A DNA stretch of 64,000 nucleotides from Escherichia phage vB_EcoM-RPN187. The position numbers and the translations under genes were made by a program. Numbering within the stretch: the first letter of the stretch is position 1; every line of letters begins with the position of its first letter. Below, piece by piece: positions 55,032 through 63,055 of the stretch. The notes beneath the pieces were generated by a model, which saw nothing but the letters and a program-made list of their open reading frames with translations, did not search any database and was not told the DNA's origin. The stretch lies in sequence record OL770074.2; one strand, given 5' to 3'.

Positions 55032-55583
55032 ATGAAACTCTATCACTATTATTTTGACACTAAAGAATTTTACAAAGAAGAAAATTACAAACCATTAAAA
55101 GGCGTAGGATTTCCGGCTCATTCGACACCAAAAAAACCTTTAGACCCTAAAGAAGGCTATGCTATTATATTTGACGAACGCGAGCAAGAATGGGTATATG
55201 TTGAAGACCATCGTGGAAAAACGGTATGGACTTATGATAAGCAAAAAATTGTTATTGACACTCCAGGTGCTCTTCAAAATGTTACTACAGAAGAACCCGG
55301 CGAATTTGACATTTGGACCGACGACGGGTGGAAGGAAGATGAAGCATATAAACGCGTAGTTCAACGTGATAAGAAAATTCATGAACTCTATAAATTATTC
55401 AGTGTTTTAAGTTCTCTTATTGACGCAGAGGTTGCTAATAGAGAAGAAAAACGAAAATTTAAAGAGCTCAAAAAATTCTTTGCCCTTTTAGAAAAGCATG
55501 AACATCTTGGCGGTGAATTCCCTAAATTCCCTGACCTTGAAAACAAATCTATTGTCAAAGCGATTATAAATATCTTTAAGTAA
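55032..55583 (+). CDS. 38: gp38 long tail fiber assembly chaperone (T4 type)
   Basis: 183-aa ORF; N-terminus MKLYHYYFDTKEFYKEENYKP and C-terminal LLEKHEHLGGEFP match recalled T4 gp38. Confidence 0.9.
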   Translation: MKLYHYYFDTKEFYKEENYKPLKGVGFPAHSTPKKPLDPKEGYAIIFDEREQEWVYVEDHRGKTVWTYDKQKIVIDTPGALQNVTTEEPGEFDIWTDDGWKEDEAYKRVVQRDKKIHELYKLFSVLSSLIDAEVANREEKRKFKELKKFFALLEKHEHLGGEFPKFPDLENKSIVKAIINIFK

Positions 55584-55592
55584 GGAGGTATT

Positions 55593-56252
55593 ATGGCAAC
55601 ACCAAAAGTATCATCTTCGCCTAGTGATATTCTATTTGGGTTGCTAGATCGTATTTTCAAAGATAACGCTACTGGAAAGGTTTTAATGTCTCGAGTAGCG
55701 GTAATTATTCTTTTGTTCCTAATGGCACTAATATGGTACAAAGGAAGTATTTTGCTGGATTATTATGTAAGAGCTAAGTATGATACTTATACTGAAATAA
55801 TCCAAAAAGAACGAGCTTTACGTTTTGAATCTGCGGCTCTAGAACAACTGCAAATAGTTCATATCTCATCTGGTGCAGATTTTAGTGCTGTGTATTCTTT
55901 CAGACCTAAAAACTTAAATTATTTCGTCGACCTTATAGCTTATGAAGGCAAACTACCTAGCACAATTTCTGAAAAGTCCCTTGGCGGATTCCCGGTGGAT
56001 AAAACGGCTAATGAATATATAATTCATTTAAGTGGCCGTCATTTCTCATCTAAATCAGAATTTGCATTTTTGCCTACAAAATCTAAGACTGCCGAACTTT
56101 CTTATATGTATAGTTGTCCATACTTTAATTTGGATAACATCTATGCTGGAACTGTGACGATGTATTGGTATAAGGGGAGTAATATACTTGAGGAAGATCG
56201 CTTAGCGGCTATATGCAACCAAGCGATCCGAATACTAGGAAGGGCTAAATAA
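55593..56252 (+). CDS. t: holin T
   Basis: 219-aa ORF near-identical to recalled T4 holin; SD AAGGAGG; one N-terminal TM helix and large periplasmic domain. Confidence 0.95.
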   Translation: MATPKVSSSPSDILFGLLDRIFKDNATGKVLMSRVAVIILLFLMALIWYKGSILLDYYVRAKYDTYTEIIQKERALRFESAALEQLQIVHISSGADFSAVYSFRPKNLNYFVDLIAYEGKLPSTISEKSLGGFPVDKTANEYIIHLSGRHFSSKSEFAFLPTKSKTAELSYMYSCPYFNLDNIYAGTVTMYWYKGSNILEEDRLAAICNQAIRILGRAK

Positions 56253-56525
56253 TTAGTTGTTAGAATACATCGCTAAATGACGATAAATATTTTCAAAACC
56301 TTCATTGAATTCACTAATCAGTGTTTTCTTTTCTTCGGCAGTTAAATTTGTAATTAGTTTTCTGAACGAATTCTGATTTAGCTGCCGACCATCTTTTTTA
56401 ATTCCAATCTCATTCAAGAATCCGATGAAACTTGCTCGGTCTTCAACAATATCTTCCCTAGAGAATTTAATCAAAATAGAAGCAATAGTAATAATTTCAC
56501 GTACGATTTCAATATCTTTATTCAT
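56253..56525 (-). CDS. asiA: AsiA anti-sigma70 factor
   Basis: 90-aa ORF near-identical to recalled T4 AsiA (MNK.I..VREIIT.ASILIKFSREDIVE.RA). Confidence 0.95.
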   Translation of the reverse strand: MNKDIEIVREIITIASILIKFSREDIVEDRASFIGFLNEIGIKKDGRQLNQNSFRKLITNLTAEEKKTLISEFNEGFENIYRHLAMYSNN

Positions 56526-56559
56526 AACGTTTTATTCATTCCACTTAGTTGATATGGAT

Positions 56560-56589
56560 ATAGTACCATTATCAGTGTTGATTGTAAAC
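56560..56589 (-). promoter_or_regulatory. T4 early-type promoter for asiA
   Basis: minus GTTTAC-N18-TACTAT. Confidence 0.5.
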
Positions 56590-56733
56590 GGCTTTTTCTA
56601 CGCTTTTAACGTAATTGGTATAGTCTTCCTGTTCATACGAGTGTAAGGCCAAGAACTGAACTAATAGTTCATTATAGACTAAAGCCTCACGCTCACGTTC
56701 GGCCTCTACTACGTTCTGAAGATTATGACTCAT
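56572..56733 (-). CDS. hypothetical protein
   Basis: about 53 aa from MSHNLQN; the 71-aa track ORF overlaps the upstream gene. Confidence 0.35.
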   Translation of the reverse strand: MSHNLQNVVEAEREREALVYNELLVQFLALHSYEQEDYTNYVKSVEKAVYNQH

Positions 56734-57022
56734 ATCGTTCCTTATAACTATCAATATAGTCCTGTATGTCGAAGAATGATATTTCATATTCTAGGGCATT
56801 AAGAGCCCGTTCTTCAGTATAGTCAGAACCAAAGACGATAGTGATTTCGCCAGGCTTCATGTGATTGAAATCAACACTAAAAGGAATACGAGAACATACT
56901 TCGTCTGCCATATCTGCAACAACACTACGGTATACTTCTCGGTTAACCTGATAAAGCTCTGCAAGTTCTTCACATTGAATAACAAGTTCAGTGGCAGGAT
57001 TTTCTTTGATTTTAGTAAGCAT
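56723..57022 (-). CDS. acidic small protein, candidate Arn (anti-restriction nuclease) homologue
   Basis: 99-aa ORF, strongly acidic; T4 Arn (92 aa) lies immediately upstream of asiA; assignment by position and composition only. Confidence 0.4.
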   Translation of the reverse strand: MLTKIKENPATELVIQCEELAELYQVNREVYRSVVADMADEVCSRIPFSVDFNHMKPGEITIVFGSDYTEERALNALEYEISFFDIQDYIDSYKERYES

Positions 57023-57096
57023 AGTCTTTACCCTTATGTTTTTGTTTGCGTTTAGATTGAAGTTCTGATTTCTTTTTGTCCTTATGAACAGAAGCC

Positions 57097-57324
57097 TTAT
57101 TGAAATCGTGTTTTGCTACAAGATTGTTCATAATGATTTATAACCTCATTTAAACATTTATCGGTAAAAGAAAACTTTTTAGCCACAGAACATTCGATAA
57201 TGTGCTCTTTCAAATCTTTAGAGTTGGTATATCCCATCTCAGTAATAAAGTGGCGAATTAAAGCTTTATTCTTATCATTAACAGAATTAAAATAATCTGC
57301 TTTAGAATCAATTATTCTCATCAT
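57097..57324 (-). CDS. hypothetical protein
   Basis: 75-aa ORF in arn-motA hyperplastic region. Confidence 0.45.
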   Translation of the reverse strand: MMRIIDSKADYFNSVNDKNKALIRHFITEMGYTNSKDLKEHIIECSVAKKFSFTDKCLNEVINHYEQSCSKTRFQ

Positions 57325-57589
57325 CTAATTTCCTTAATTGATATTGCAACGAGCTAATAATTTCTTCGTTCATTTTAATATACATATCACGCAAGAAAGG
57401 TTTTAACCCATCACGAATAATTGCTAACGTATCACCTTTACATAAATTAACCAAATAAGGATGGTCTAAAGCGTCCCAACCAGGCTGATTAGCATACATA
57501 CCATAGTTTTCTTCCATCATATGATTAAGACGTTTGATATCTTGGATACGTGATTCAATAGCATCTTTCTGGAGTTGTTTAATATTCAT
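57308..57589 (-). CDS. hypothetical protein
   Basis: 93-aa ORF. Confidence 0.5.
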   Translation of the reverse strand: MNIKQLQKDAIESRIQDIKRLNHMMEENYGMYANQPGWDALDHPYLVNLCKGDTLAIIRDGLKPFLRDMYIKMNEEIISSLQYQLRKLDDENN

Positions 57590-58050
57590 TAATAAAGGTC
57601 CTCTGAATAAAGTTCTTTCTCACTTCCGCCACGTTCAATACGTACCTGTCCAGCATACGTTGCAATAATCATTGCTTCTTCACGAGTCCAGTAATTAGAG
57701 TATTGGTCAATAAAGCCTTGGTCGTCACCACAAACTTGTTGCGAGACTAATTGAGGACCAACTATATCAAGTACTTCAGCCATATCTTTAGAGTAATGAC
57801 GAACTCCAGGAATAACCAGAGTTCCACCACTCTTCAATTTAAACCTATTAGCTGCACATACTATAACACGTTGAACTTTTTGGTCATTATTCCAATAGCA
57901 CGTTTGCCAACAGATTTCAGGAACTTCATTCATTATATCATCAGCAGAATAATTATAACCGTATGACTGGAATTTTTCTGCTAGACTTTCAGGAGTCTCA
58001 CGAGACAAGGCCAAATCTAATAGCTCTAAACGTTCTTTAAATGATTTCAT
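57589..58050 (-). CDS. hypothetical protein
   Basis: 153-aa ORF, ATGA-coupled to neighbours. Confidence 0.5.
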   Translation of the reverse strand: MKSFKERLELLDLALSRETPESLAEKFQSYGYNYSADDIMNEVPEICWQTCYWNNDQKVQRVIVCAANRFKLKSGGTLVIPGVRHYSKDMAEVLDIVGPQLVSQQVCGDDQGFIDQYSNYWTREEAMIIATYAGQVRIERGGSEKELYSEDLY

Positions 58051-58376
58051 TTAAACCATTCCTTAATACGTTGCCAAATAGATTTTTGTTCTTGTTTATT
58101 TACACCGATCGAACGAATAACCGGTTGTGACTGCTGGTATTCTTTATAATCTTCTTTATAGATTTCGTAAGCTGCATCAACAAATGAACTGATCGCTGCC
58201 ATGTAGTTTTTACTAAGGCCAAATGGTGCGTCATTATTTTCACGAATAACCATATATTGGCCCGCTTTAATCTTTACAATTGTCCCTAAATAAGCCCCGT
58301 GGTACCAAATATCCCATCCTTCCTGAGTAGGTTCTGCACATTTACGAAGTTCGTTAATAATATTCAGCTTATTCAT
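58047..58376 (-). CDS. hypothetical protein
   Basis: 109-aa ORF. Confidence 0.5.
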   Translation of the reverse strand: MNKLNIINELRKCAEPTQEGWDIWYHGAYLGTIVKIKAGQYMVIRENNDAPFGLSKNYMAAISSFVDAAYEIYKEDYKEYQQSQPVIRSIGVNKQEQKSIWQRIKEWFK

Positions 58377-58386
58377 TATGTATTCC

Positions 58387-59019
58387 TCACAGTACGTTAG
58401 TTACAAGGGTAATGATTTCTTTGGATACATTAGGGAAGTCAATGTAAGTATATTTACCACCGATCTTAATCTTAACATCGTTTTCAAGAGAAGTAAACAG
58501 TTTTGATTCAGTTTCTGACATGTTGTATGCAAATATTCTAAGACAACCATCTCGACGAATTTCAATCTGACGAATACCTAGAACTCGTTTTGCAAATCGA
58601 ACTTCCAAGTTACTACGGTTTTCACCAATTTCTTTAACTTCAACTTTATCTTTAATATTTTCAAAAACAAAGTTTGCTAATTCATGCATTTCGGGAGTAA
58701 CTCCACGTGCTTTTCTAGTGTTACGTTTCTGAAGAAGTTCTGGAGCATTTTCTTGGGCAAAGAGGTCTGCAGCTTTTTGGATAATATCCATTGCTTCGCC
58801 TGTTGCTATAAGTCCATCACCGGATTTTTCGACTAAACCTTTCTTAATCAATACACCAATGTTAGAGTTAACAACCGATGCATTGTATTCCGCTTCCAGA
58901 GCTTCACGGACATTGGCAGCAGTGGTGAAGTTGTTCTTAATGATATAAACCATTATTGCAGCAGTTTTTTCATTCAGAGCGTTTTCAGAAGCTTTGATGA
59001 TGTAAGCAACTTTAGACAT
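58387..59019 (-). CDS. motA: MotA middle-transcription activator
   Basis: 210-aa ORF; N-terminus MSKV.YIIKAS...LNEKTA and VLIKKGLVEKSGDGLI match recalled T4 MotA. Confidence 0.9.
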   Translation of the reverse strand: MSKVAYIIKASENALNEKTAAIMVYIIKNNFTTAANVREALEAEYNASVVNSNIGVLIKKGLVEKSGDGLIATGEAMDIIQKAADLFAQENAPELLQKRNTRKARGVTPEMHELANFVFENIKDKVEVKEIGENRSNLEVRFAKRVLGIRQIEIRRDGCLRIFAYNMSETESKLFTSLENDVKIKIGGKYTYIDFPNVSKEIITLVTNVL

Positions 59020-59058
59020 TTTATTTCTCCAATTTGGTTGTTTTGTTTTGATAGGTCT

Positions 59059-59087
59059 ATAATATCATGTTTGAAGCACATGTAAAC
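59059..59087 (-). promoter_or_regulatory. T4 early-type promoter for motA
   Basis: minus GTTTAC-N17-TATTAT. Confidence 0.5.
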
Positions 59088-59114
59088 TGTTTTGTGAGAA
59101 AAAATGCACAAAAA

Positions 59115-59128
59115 GGAGCCGAAGCTCC
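59115..59128 (-). terminator. UUCG-tetraloop hairpin downstream of gene 52
   Basis: GGAGC-CGAAG-CTCC, followed on minus by T5. Confidence 0.6.
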
Positions 59129-59205
59129 CTAATCATGTTTGTCCAACCAATACAGCCAAATCACTAGTGCAGCTATTGCACCGAGAAATCCCAAGGCTAG
59201 GGCAC

Positions 59206-60531
59206 TCAAAGTGCCTCCAAGTCTTTAGTGTACTCTGTCACAACATCAGTAGACTTCCAATACTCATTTTCTTCTTTCTTAGCTTTAGCTTCTTCTGCTA
59301 GTTTACGTGCTTCGTCAGAAGTGATATGGAAGATGTTAAGACCTACCAGTTTATCGACATGTTCTTTGTACATTTCGATTTGTGTTAGCTCTTCAGTCAA
59401 AGCTTTACGAGTCTTGCCTTGAATCACAATTTCACCGTTGATAACTTTTTTGATGAAGTGTGCCTTAGCAAAAGCAAGTTTAAATGCTTTTTCAGATTCA
59501 AGGATTTTGTTATCAATACGTTTCTGAACGTAAGTCTTACGGACTTCAACAAAATCTTTGATTAAGTCCACTACGTTATCGTAGACCGCTAATTTACCCT
59601 TTTCATTAATCACTGTGATGTTTTGTGAACGACGTTCGATGAGACTAAAATCTTTCATGATTTTTTCATGACGTAGCTCTTCATCATCAGGAAGCGAGTA
59701 CTCTTTACGGAACTTCACCTTAAACCCAAAGCCGTGTTCACCACAATCGTCTTCCCATGAGATTAGACCTTTGTCTTCCAATGGGTCAAGAACCTTACTC
59801 ACATACGTTTCACGGTCGAATTTATATGGGATTTCAGTTATCTGCATTTGAGTGCGAGATGTGAACTTATACGTTCCGTGAATCTCATAACGCCCATCAA
59901 CTTCATGTACTTCACCACGGAATTCCGGGAATTCAACTTTTGGCTTAGTGACATTTTTACCTTGAAGAGCTTGTAATACAGCCTTTTTGACTGATTTAAA
60001 ACTATGAGGCAGAATATTTGTTGCGTAACCGGTTGCAATACCAGATACGCCGTTCAAAAGAACTGTCGGAATAATAGGAAGATAGAATTTTGGTGGAATG
60101 TGTTCTTTATCTTCATGAGCTGGAGCATATTCAGTATCTTTATATACGTTATAGAAATTTTTACTTACACGTGCAAAAATATAACGAGATGCTGCAGCTT
60201 TTTGGACTGTTCGAGAACCAAAGTTGCCTTGGCCATCTAACAGTGGATAGTTGTTGTTCCATGTGTTAGCCATCAATGCACCTGCATCTTGTGCAGAAGA
60301 TTCACCATGGTGATAACCTAAATCTGCAACACCGCCTGCAATTGACGCAAGTTTATGAAATTTTTCTTTATTACCACGAGCCAAATCTAACGCACGATGA
60401 ACCACAAAACGTTGAACCGGCTTAAATCCATCAATCATGTTTGGGATTGCACGGTTTTCAACGGTGTACATCGCATATGCTAAGGCTTCGTTATCAATAA
60501 TACTTTTTAGATTACGAGAATTCAATTCCAT
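59206..60531 (-). CDS. 52: DNA topoisomerase II medium subunit gp52
   Basis: 441-aa ORF (T4 gp52 442 aa); GyrA-like N-terminal region. Confidence 0.93.
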   Translation of the reverse strand: MELNSRNLKSIIDNEALAYAMYTVENRAIPNMIDGFKPVQRFVVHRALDLARGNKEKFHKLASIAGGVADLGYHHGESSAQDAGALMANTWNNNYPLLDGQGNFGSRTVQKAAASRYIFARVSKNFYNVYKDTEYAPAHEDKEHIPPKFYLPIIPTVLLNGVSGIATGYATNILPHSFKSVKKAVLQALQGKNVTKPKVEFPEFRGEVHEVDGRYEIHGTYKFTSRTQMQITEIPYKFDRETYVSKVLDPLEDKGLISWEDDCGEHGFGFKVKFRKEYSLPDDEELRHEKIMKDFSLIERRSQNITVINEKGKLAVYDNVVDLIKDFVEVRKTYVQKRIDNKILESEKAFKLAFAKAHFIKKVINGEIVIQGKTRKALTEELTQIEMYKEHVDKLVGLNIFHITSDEARKLAEEAKAKKEENEYWKSTDVVTEYTKDLEAL

Positions 60532-60677
60532 AATTTTACCATACTAGTGAATGGAATAGCCATAATAACATCGGAAATAAAAAGCACAACTTGAATTATC
60601 CCGAACATTACTCCATAATACAGCGCTACCAATAAAGCAGCAAGGGCTAACGAGTAGCCCAAGATTTTATTAATCAT
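60522..60677 (-). CDS. small membrane protein (52.1/ac region)
   Basis: 51 aa from MINKILGYSLALAALLVALYYG; two hydrophobic helices. Confidence 0.45.
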   Translation of the reverse strand: MINKILGYSLALAALLVALYYGVMFGIIQVVLFISDVIMAIPFTSMVKLWN

Positions 60678-60831
60678 TTTTAATCGTCTTAAGTAAACCG
60701 ACAAAAGTAGAAAGAACCCAACCAATAAGCAGAAAACTTAAGAATATCGGACCAGGGGCCCACACACCTAAAAAGAAGCAAACCGAACAGACTATAGCCG
60801 TAATAAGTTCAATAAAAACTACGATAATCAT
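60670..60831 (-). CDS. small membrane protein (52.1/ac region)
   Basis: 53-aa ORF MIIVVFIELITAIVCSVCFFLGVW... with SD GAGGAAAAT; stop overlaps next start; below ORF-track threshold. Confidence 0.4.
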   Translation of the reverse strand: MIIVVFIELITAIVCSVCFFLGVWAPGPIFLSFLLIGWVLSTFVGLLKTIKND

Positions 60832-60844
60832 ATTTTCCTCATTA

Positions 60845-60858
60845 GCGTCCGAAGACGC
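60845..60858 (-). other. UUCG-tetraloop hairpin
   Basis: GCGTC-CGAA-GACGC. Confidence 0.4.
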
Positions 60859-60918
60859 CTTTAGTTTTAAGATTGTTACGATAGAACTGCATCACATGTT
60901 CGTTATGGAAATTACTCA

Positions 60919-61365
60919 TTAGTAAGCCTGCAGGATGAATTTAAAGTTATCAGCCAACATACGGTTCATTTCTTCCAGAGTCTGGAAGTCGGAACTATGA
61001 TTGCGAGTGAATGCCAGAGCCAATTGTCCTTTACCATAACCAGTGGTCAGTGGTTTCATGTTCTTAGCTGCAACAAAGATTACATCATATTCGATATTGT
61101 TAGTGCCCATGGTACGGGCTAGTTGCGAACGGCCTTGACGAATGTGAGAAAGAATTGCATCCAACCCTTGTTTAGAACGTTGACGTCCTACAAAGAATCG
61201 TGCTGCTACTTGGCGCCAATCAGATGAACCTTTAACAAAGAAGTAAAAACCTTCACGAGAACGAAACTCTTTAGAAACTTCAGAACCGTATTCGCCATTA
61301 CGAACTACTGCAACAACTTCACCACCAACTGCCAGAAGGTCTTTACGAGTTAAATATTTGGACAT
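60919..61365 (-). CDS. ndd: Ndd nucleoid disruption protein
   Basis: 148-aa ORF; C-terminal half near-identical to recalled T4 Ndd (RFYVGNQRSKQG...LADNFKF.LQAY). Confidence 0.9.
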
Positions 61366-61409
61366 GCTAATTTCCTCAATTGATTAATGTTTTTGTAATC
61401 CATGAGAGC

Positions 61410-61439
61410 ATTATACTCTGCTCTCAAGAGTTTGTACAA
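61410..61439 (-). promoter_or_regulatory. early-type promoter for ndd, -10 TATAAT inside inverted repeat
   Basis: minus TTGTAC-N18-TATAAT; IR gagagca/tgctctc; paralogous to promoter at 33809-33838. Confidence 0.5.
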
Positions 61440-61441
61440 TT

Positions 61442-61642
61442 TTATTCGGTTATATCAGAACGTTCAAAAAGCTCTTCGACAGTTAAACATTCGGTGTCAT
61501 CCTCAATAAAGAATCGGGTCCAACACGTCGGGGCGATGCAGTTATGAGTTTGTCCGGCTATAGAAGCTACACGAATAAGCTGTTGACCATTATTCAGGAC
61601 AAATTTTTCACCAATTTCAACATCTTTAAAAAGCTTAGCCAT
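61442..61642 (-). CDS. hypothetical protein
   Basis: 66-aa ORF with Cys/His pattern (HNCIAPTCW...C). Confidence 0.5.
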   Translation of the reverse strand: MAKLFKDVEIGEKFVLNNGQQLIRVASIAGQTHNCIAPTCWTRFFIEDDTECLTVEELFERSDITE

Positions 61643-61670
61643 TTTGTATTCCTCATGTTTTGATAGGACT

Positions 61671-61700
61671 ACTATACCATAATCCTACCTTGATGTAAAC
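61671..61700 (-). promoter_or_regulatory. T4 early-type promoter
   Basis: minus GTTTAC-N18-TATAGT. Confidence 0.5.
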
Positions 61701-61702
61701 AA

Positions 61703-61727
61703 TTAAATTACATTAAATTACATTAAA
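61703..61727. repeat. short tandem direct repeat (AAATTACATT x2.5)
   Basis: aattaaattacattaaattacattaaaat. Confidence 0.6.
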
Positions 61728-61823
61728 ATATGTTAAAGCCAACCATGTTCCGGTGAACGAACATGCGATGTAAAAACCTGTATCGCAAATTGTTCTTAGT
61801 ACAATAATAAGTGCATTTTTCAT
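61713..61823 (-). CDS. candidate small hydrophobic peptide
   Basis: 36-aa ORF MKNALIIVLRTICDTGFYIACSFTGTWLALTYFNVI; ATGA-coupled to upstream peptide ORF. Confidence 0.3.
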   Translation of the reverse strand: MKNALIIVLRTICDTGFYIACSFTGTWLALTYFNVI

Positions 61824-61906
61824 AAGTACCTCAATGCAATTGAAAATATTATACAAATCATAGGGATACTAAGCAACCATATTCCGATCCACGTTTTAGA
61901 GCTCAT
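61820..61906 (-). CDS. candidate small hydrophobic peptide
   Basis: 28-aa ORF MSSKTWIGIWLLSIPMICIIFSIALRYL; ATGA-coupled to ORF 61903..62166. Confidence 0.3.
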   Translation of the reverse strand: MSSKTWIGIWLLSIPMICIIFSIALRYL

Positions 61907-62166
61907 ATCTCAACTTCCGCGAGTTCCATATATCCTTTGTTGATAACCTCTTTAAGGTCTTTAGAAAGAATAACACTAAAATGGTCGTTCATATGTCCAT
62001 TAACCAGACGAGTTATTTCGGCTTCAGATGACATATAAGGCACGTCTGAGTCCCAATGAGATAGACCCAAATGGGTATAAATCATCCCTTCGTCATCTGC
62101 GGTGTTGTACATTGAAACAAATTCACCTGTTACTTTATGTTTTGCGTAGAAAAATTTAAATTTCAT
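61903..62166 (-). CDS. hypothetical protein
   Basis: 87-aa ORF with early promoter upstream. Confidence 0.5.
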   Translation of the reverse strand: MKFKFFYAKHKVTGEFVSMYNTADDEGMIYTHLGLSHWDSDVPYMSSEAEITRLVNGHMNDHFSVILSKDLKEVINKGYMELAEVEI

Positions 62167-62191
62167 GATGTTATCCTCTTTTAGATAGGAC

Positions 62192-62221
62192 TACTATATC
62201 ATAGTCCTACTTAGTTGTAAA
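62192..62221 (-). promoter_or_regulatory. T4 early-type promoter with -10 inside inverted repeat
   Basis: minus GTTTAC-N18-TATAGT; IR ataggact/agtccta. Confidence 0.5.
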
Positions 62222-62234
62222 CACTTTTATGAAA

Positions 62235-62792
62235 TTAAAGTTGAAGATACCACCCGTTGTAGTTGCTCTTGCGGACGATTTTCTTTAGGTCTTCATGGTC
62301 TCCCACGAACTTTATAGAATAAGAGAAGACGTCAGGTGAGGTTTCTTTGACATCTAATATAATAATGCAATCTGCGACTCGATGGTTCAAGAAGGGCCCT
62401 ATATTGATTCCATTACCACCCGGATAATCACCACTGTATCCTGTGGTGACCGAAATCCATTTAGAATCTATCTGGTGTGTCTTGACTTCTACACGAATTC
62501 CACAGTACTTGGGATGGGCTAACACGTCCCATGCATACGTGTACGGGTCTTCTACGTCTTCAATACCTTTATTAACATATCCGTCTAGCCAATTTGCTAC
62601 TACATACTCTGCAAAGACCGCAACCTTACAACGTCGAACTACGTCTTCTTTTATTTGACCTGGATCTTGTTTCAACGAGTACCGAGCAGTGTCAGCAATC
62701 TTCACCTTCATTTCACTAGTCAAAAACTCATTCGACAGGATAAATGTCGGAAGATTCTTCAGTCTCAACAGTCCCAAGTTCGTCTTTACCAT
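62235..62792 (-). CDS. denB: endonuclease IV (DenB), tentative
   Basis: 185 aa from MVKTNLGL (SD GAGG); T4 DenB is 185 aa and adjacent to rIIB; no motif confirmation. Confidence 0.6.
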   Translation of the reverse strand: MVKTNLGLLRLKNLPTFILSNEFLTSEMKVKIADTARYSLKQDPGQIKEDVVRRCKVAVFAEYVVANWLDGYVNKGIEDVEDPYTYAWDVLAHPKYCGIRVEVKTHQIDSKWISVTTGYSGDYPGGNGINIGPFLNHRVADCIIILDVKETSPDVFSYSIKFVGDHEDLKKIVRKSNYNGWYLQL

Positions 62793-63018
62793 AGATACCT
62801 CTGATGTGTAGTTCGCCAAAATAAATGCGGTCACCTTCTTCAAGATATTCTGCATCTACAGGCGGAATTTCAATAACAACTTCGTCACATTCTAACCAAC
62901 CGTAGTGTGCATCGCCAGGATGTTTTACCAATTTAGCACAATAAACTGATTTGCACTTATGATGACCACGAAGATTAGCAATTTTGGATTCTGATACGTC
63001 AAATGGATGAATCATAAT
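62728..63018 (-). CDS. hypothetical protein (rIIB-denB intergenic ORF)
   Basis: 96 aa from MIHPFDV (SD AGGGGT); overlaps denB start by 65 nt in another frame. Confidence 0.45.
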   Translation of the reverse strand: MMIHPFDVSESKIANLRGHHKCKSVYCAKLVKHPGDAHYGWLECDEVVIEIPPVDAEYLEEGDRIYFGELHIRGIYGKDELGTVETEESSDIYPVE

Positions 63019-63034
63019 TACCCCTAAAGAAAAA

Positions 63035-63050
63035 GGGGACCGAAGTCCCC
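63035..63050 (-). terminator. UUCG-tetraloop terminator after rIIB
   Basis: GGGGAC-CGAAG-TCCCC with T5 on minus strand. Confidence 0.7.
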
Positions 63051-63055
63051 AATTA

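Noticed and set aside
59104-59301. 65-aa plus-strand ORF spanning the gene 52 terminator region
   Set aside because: Runs across a terminator hairpin and the 3' end of gene 52; no RBS.
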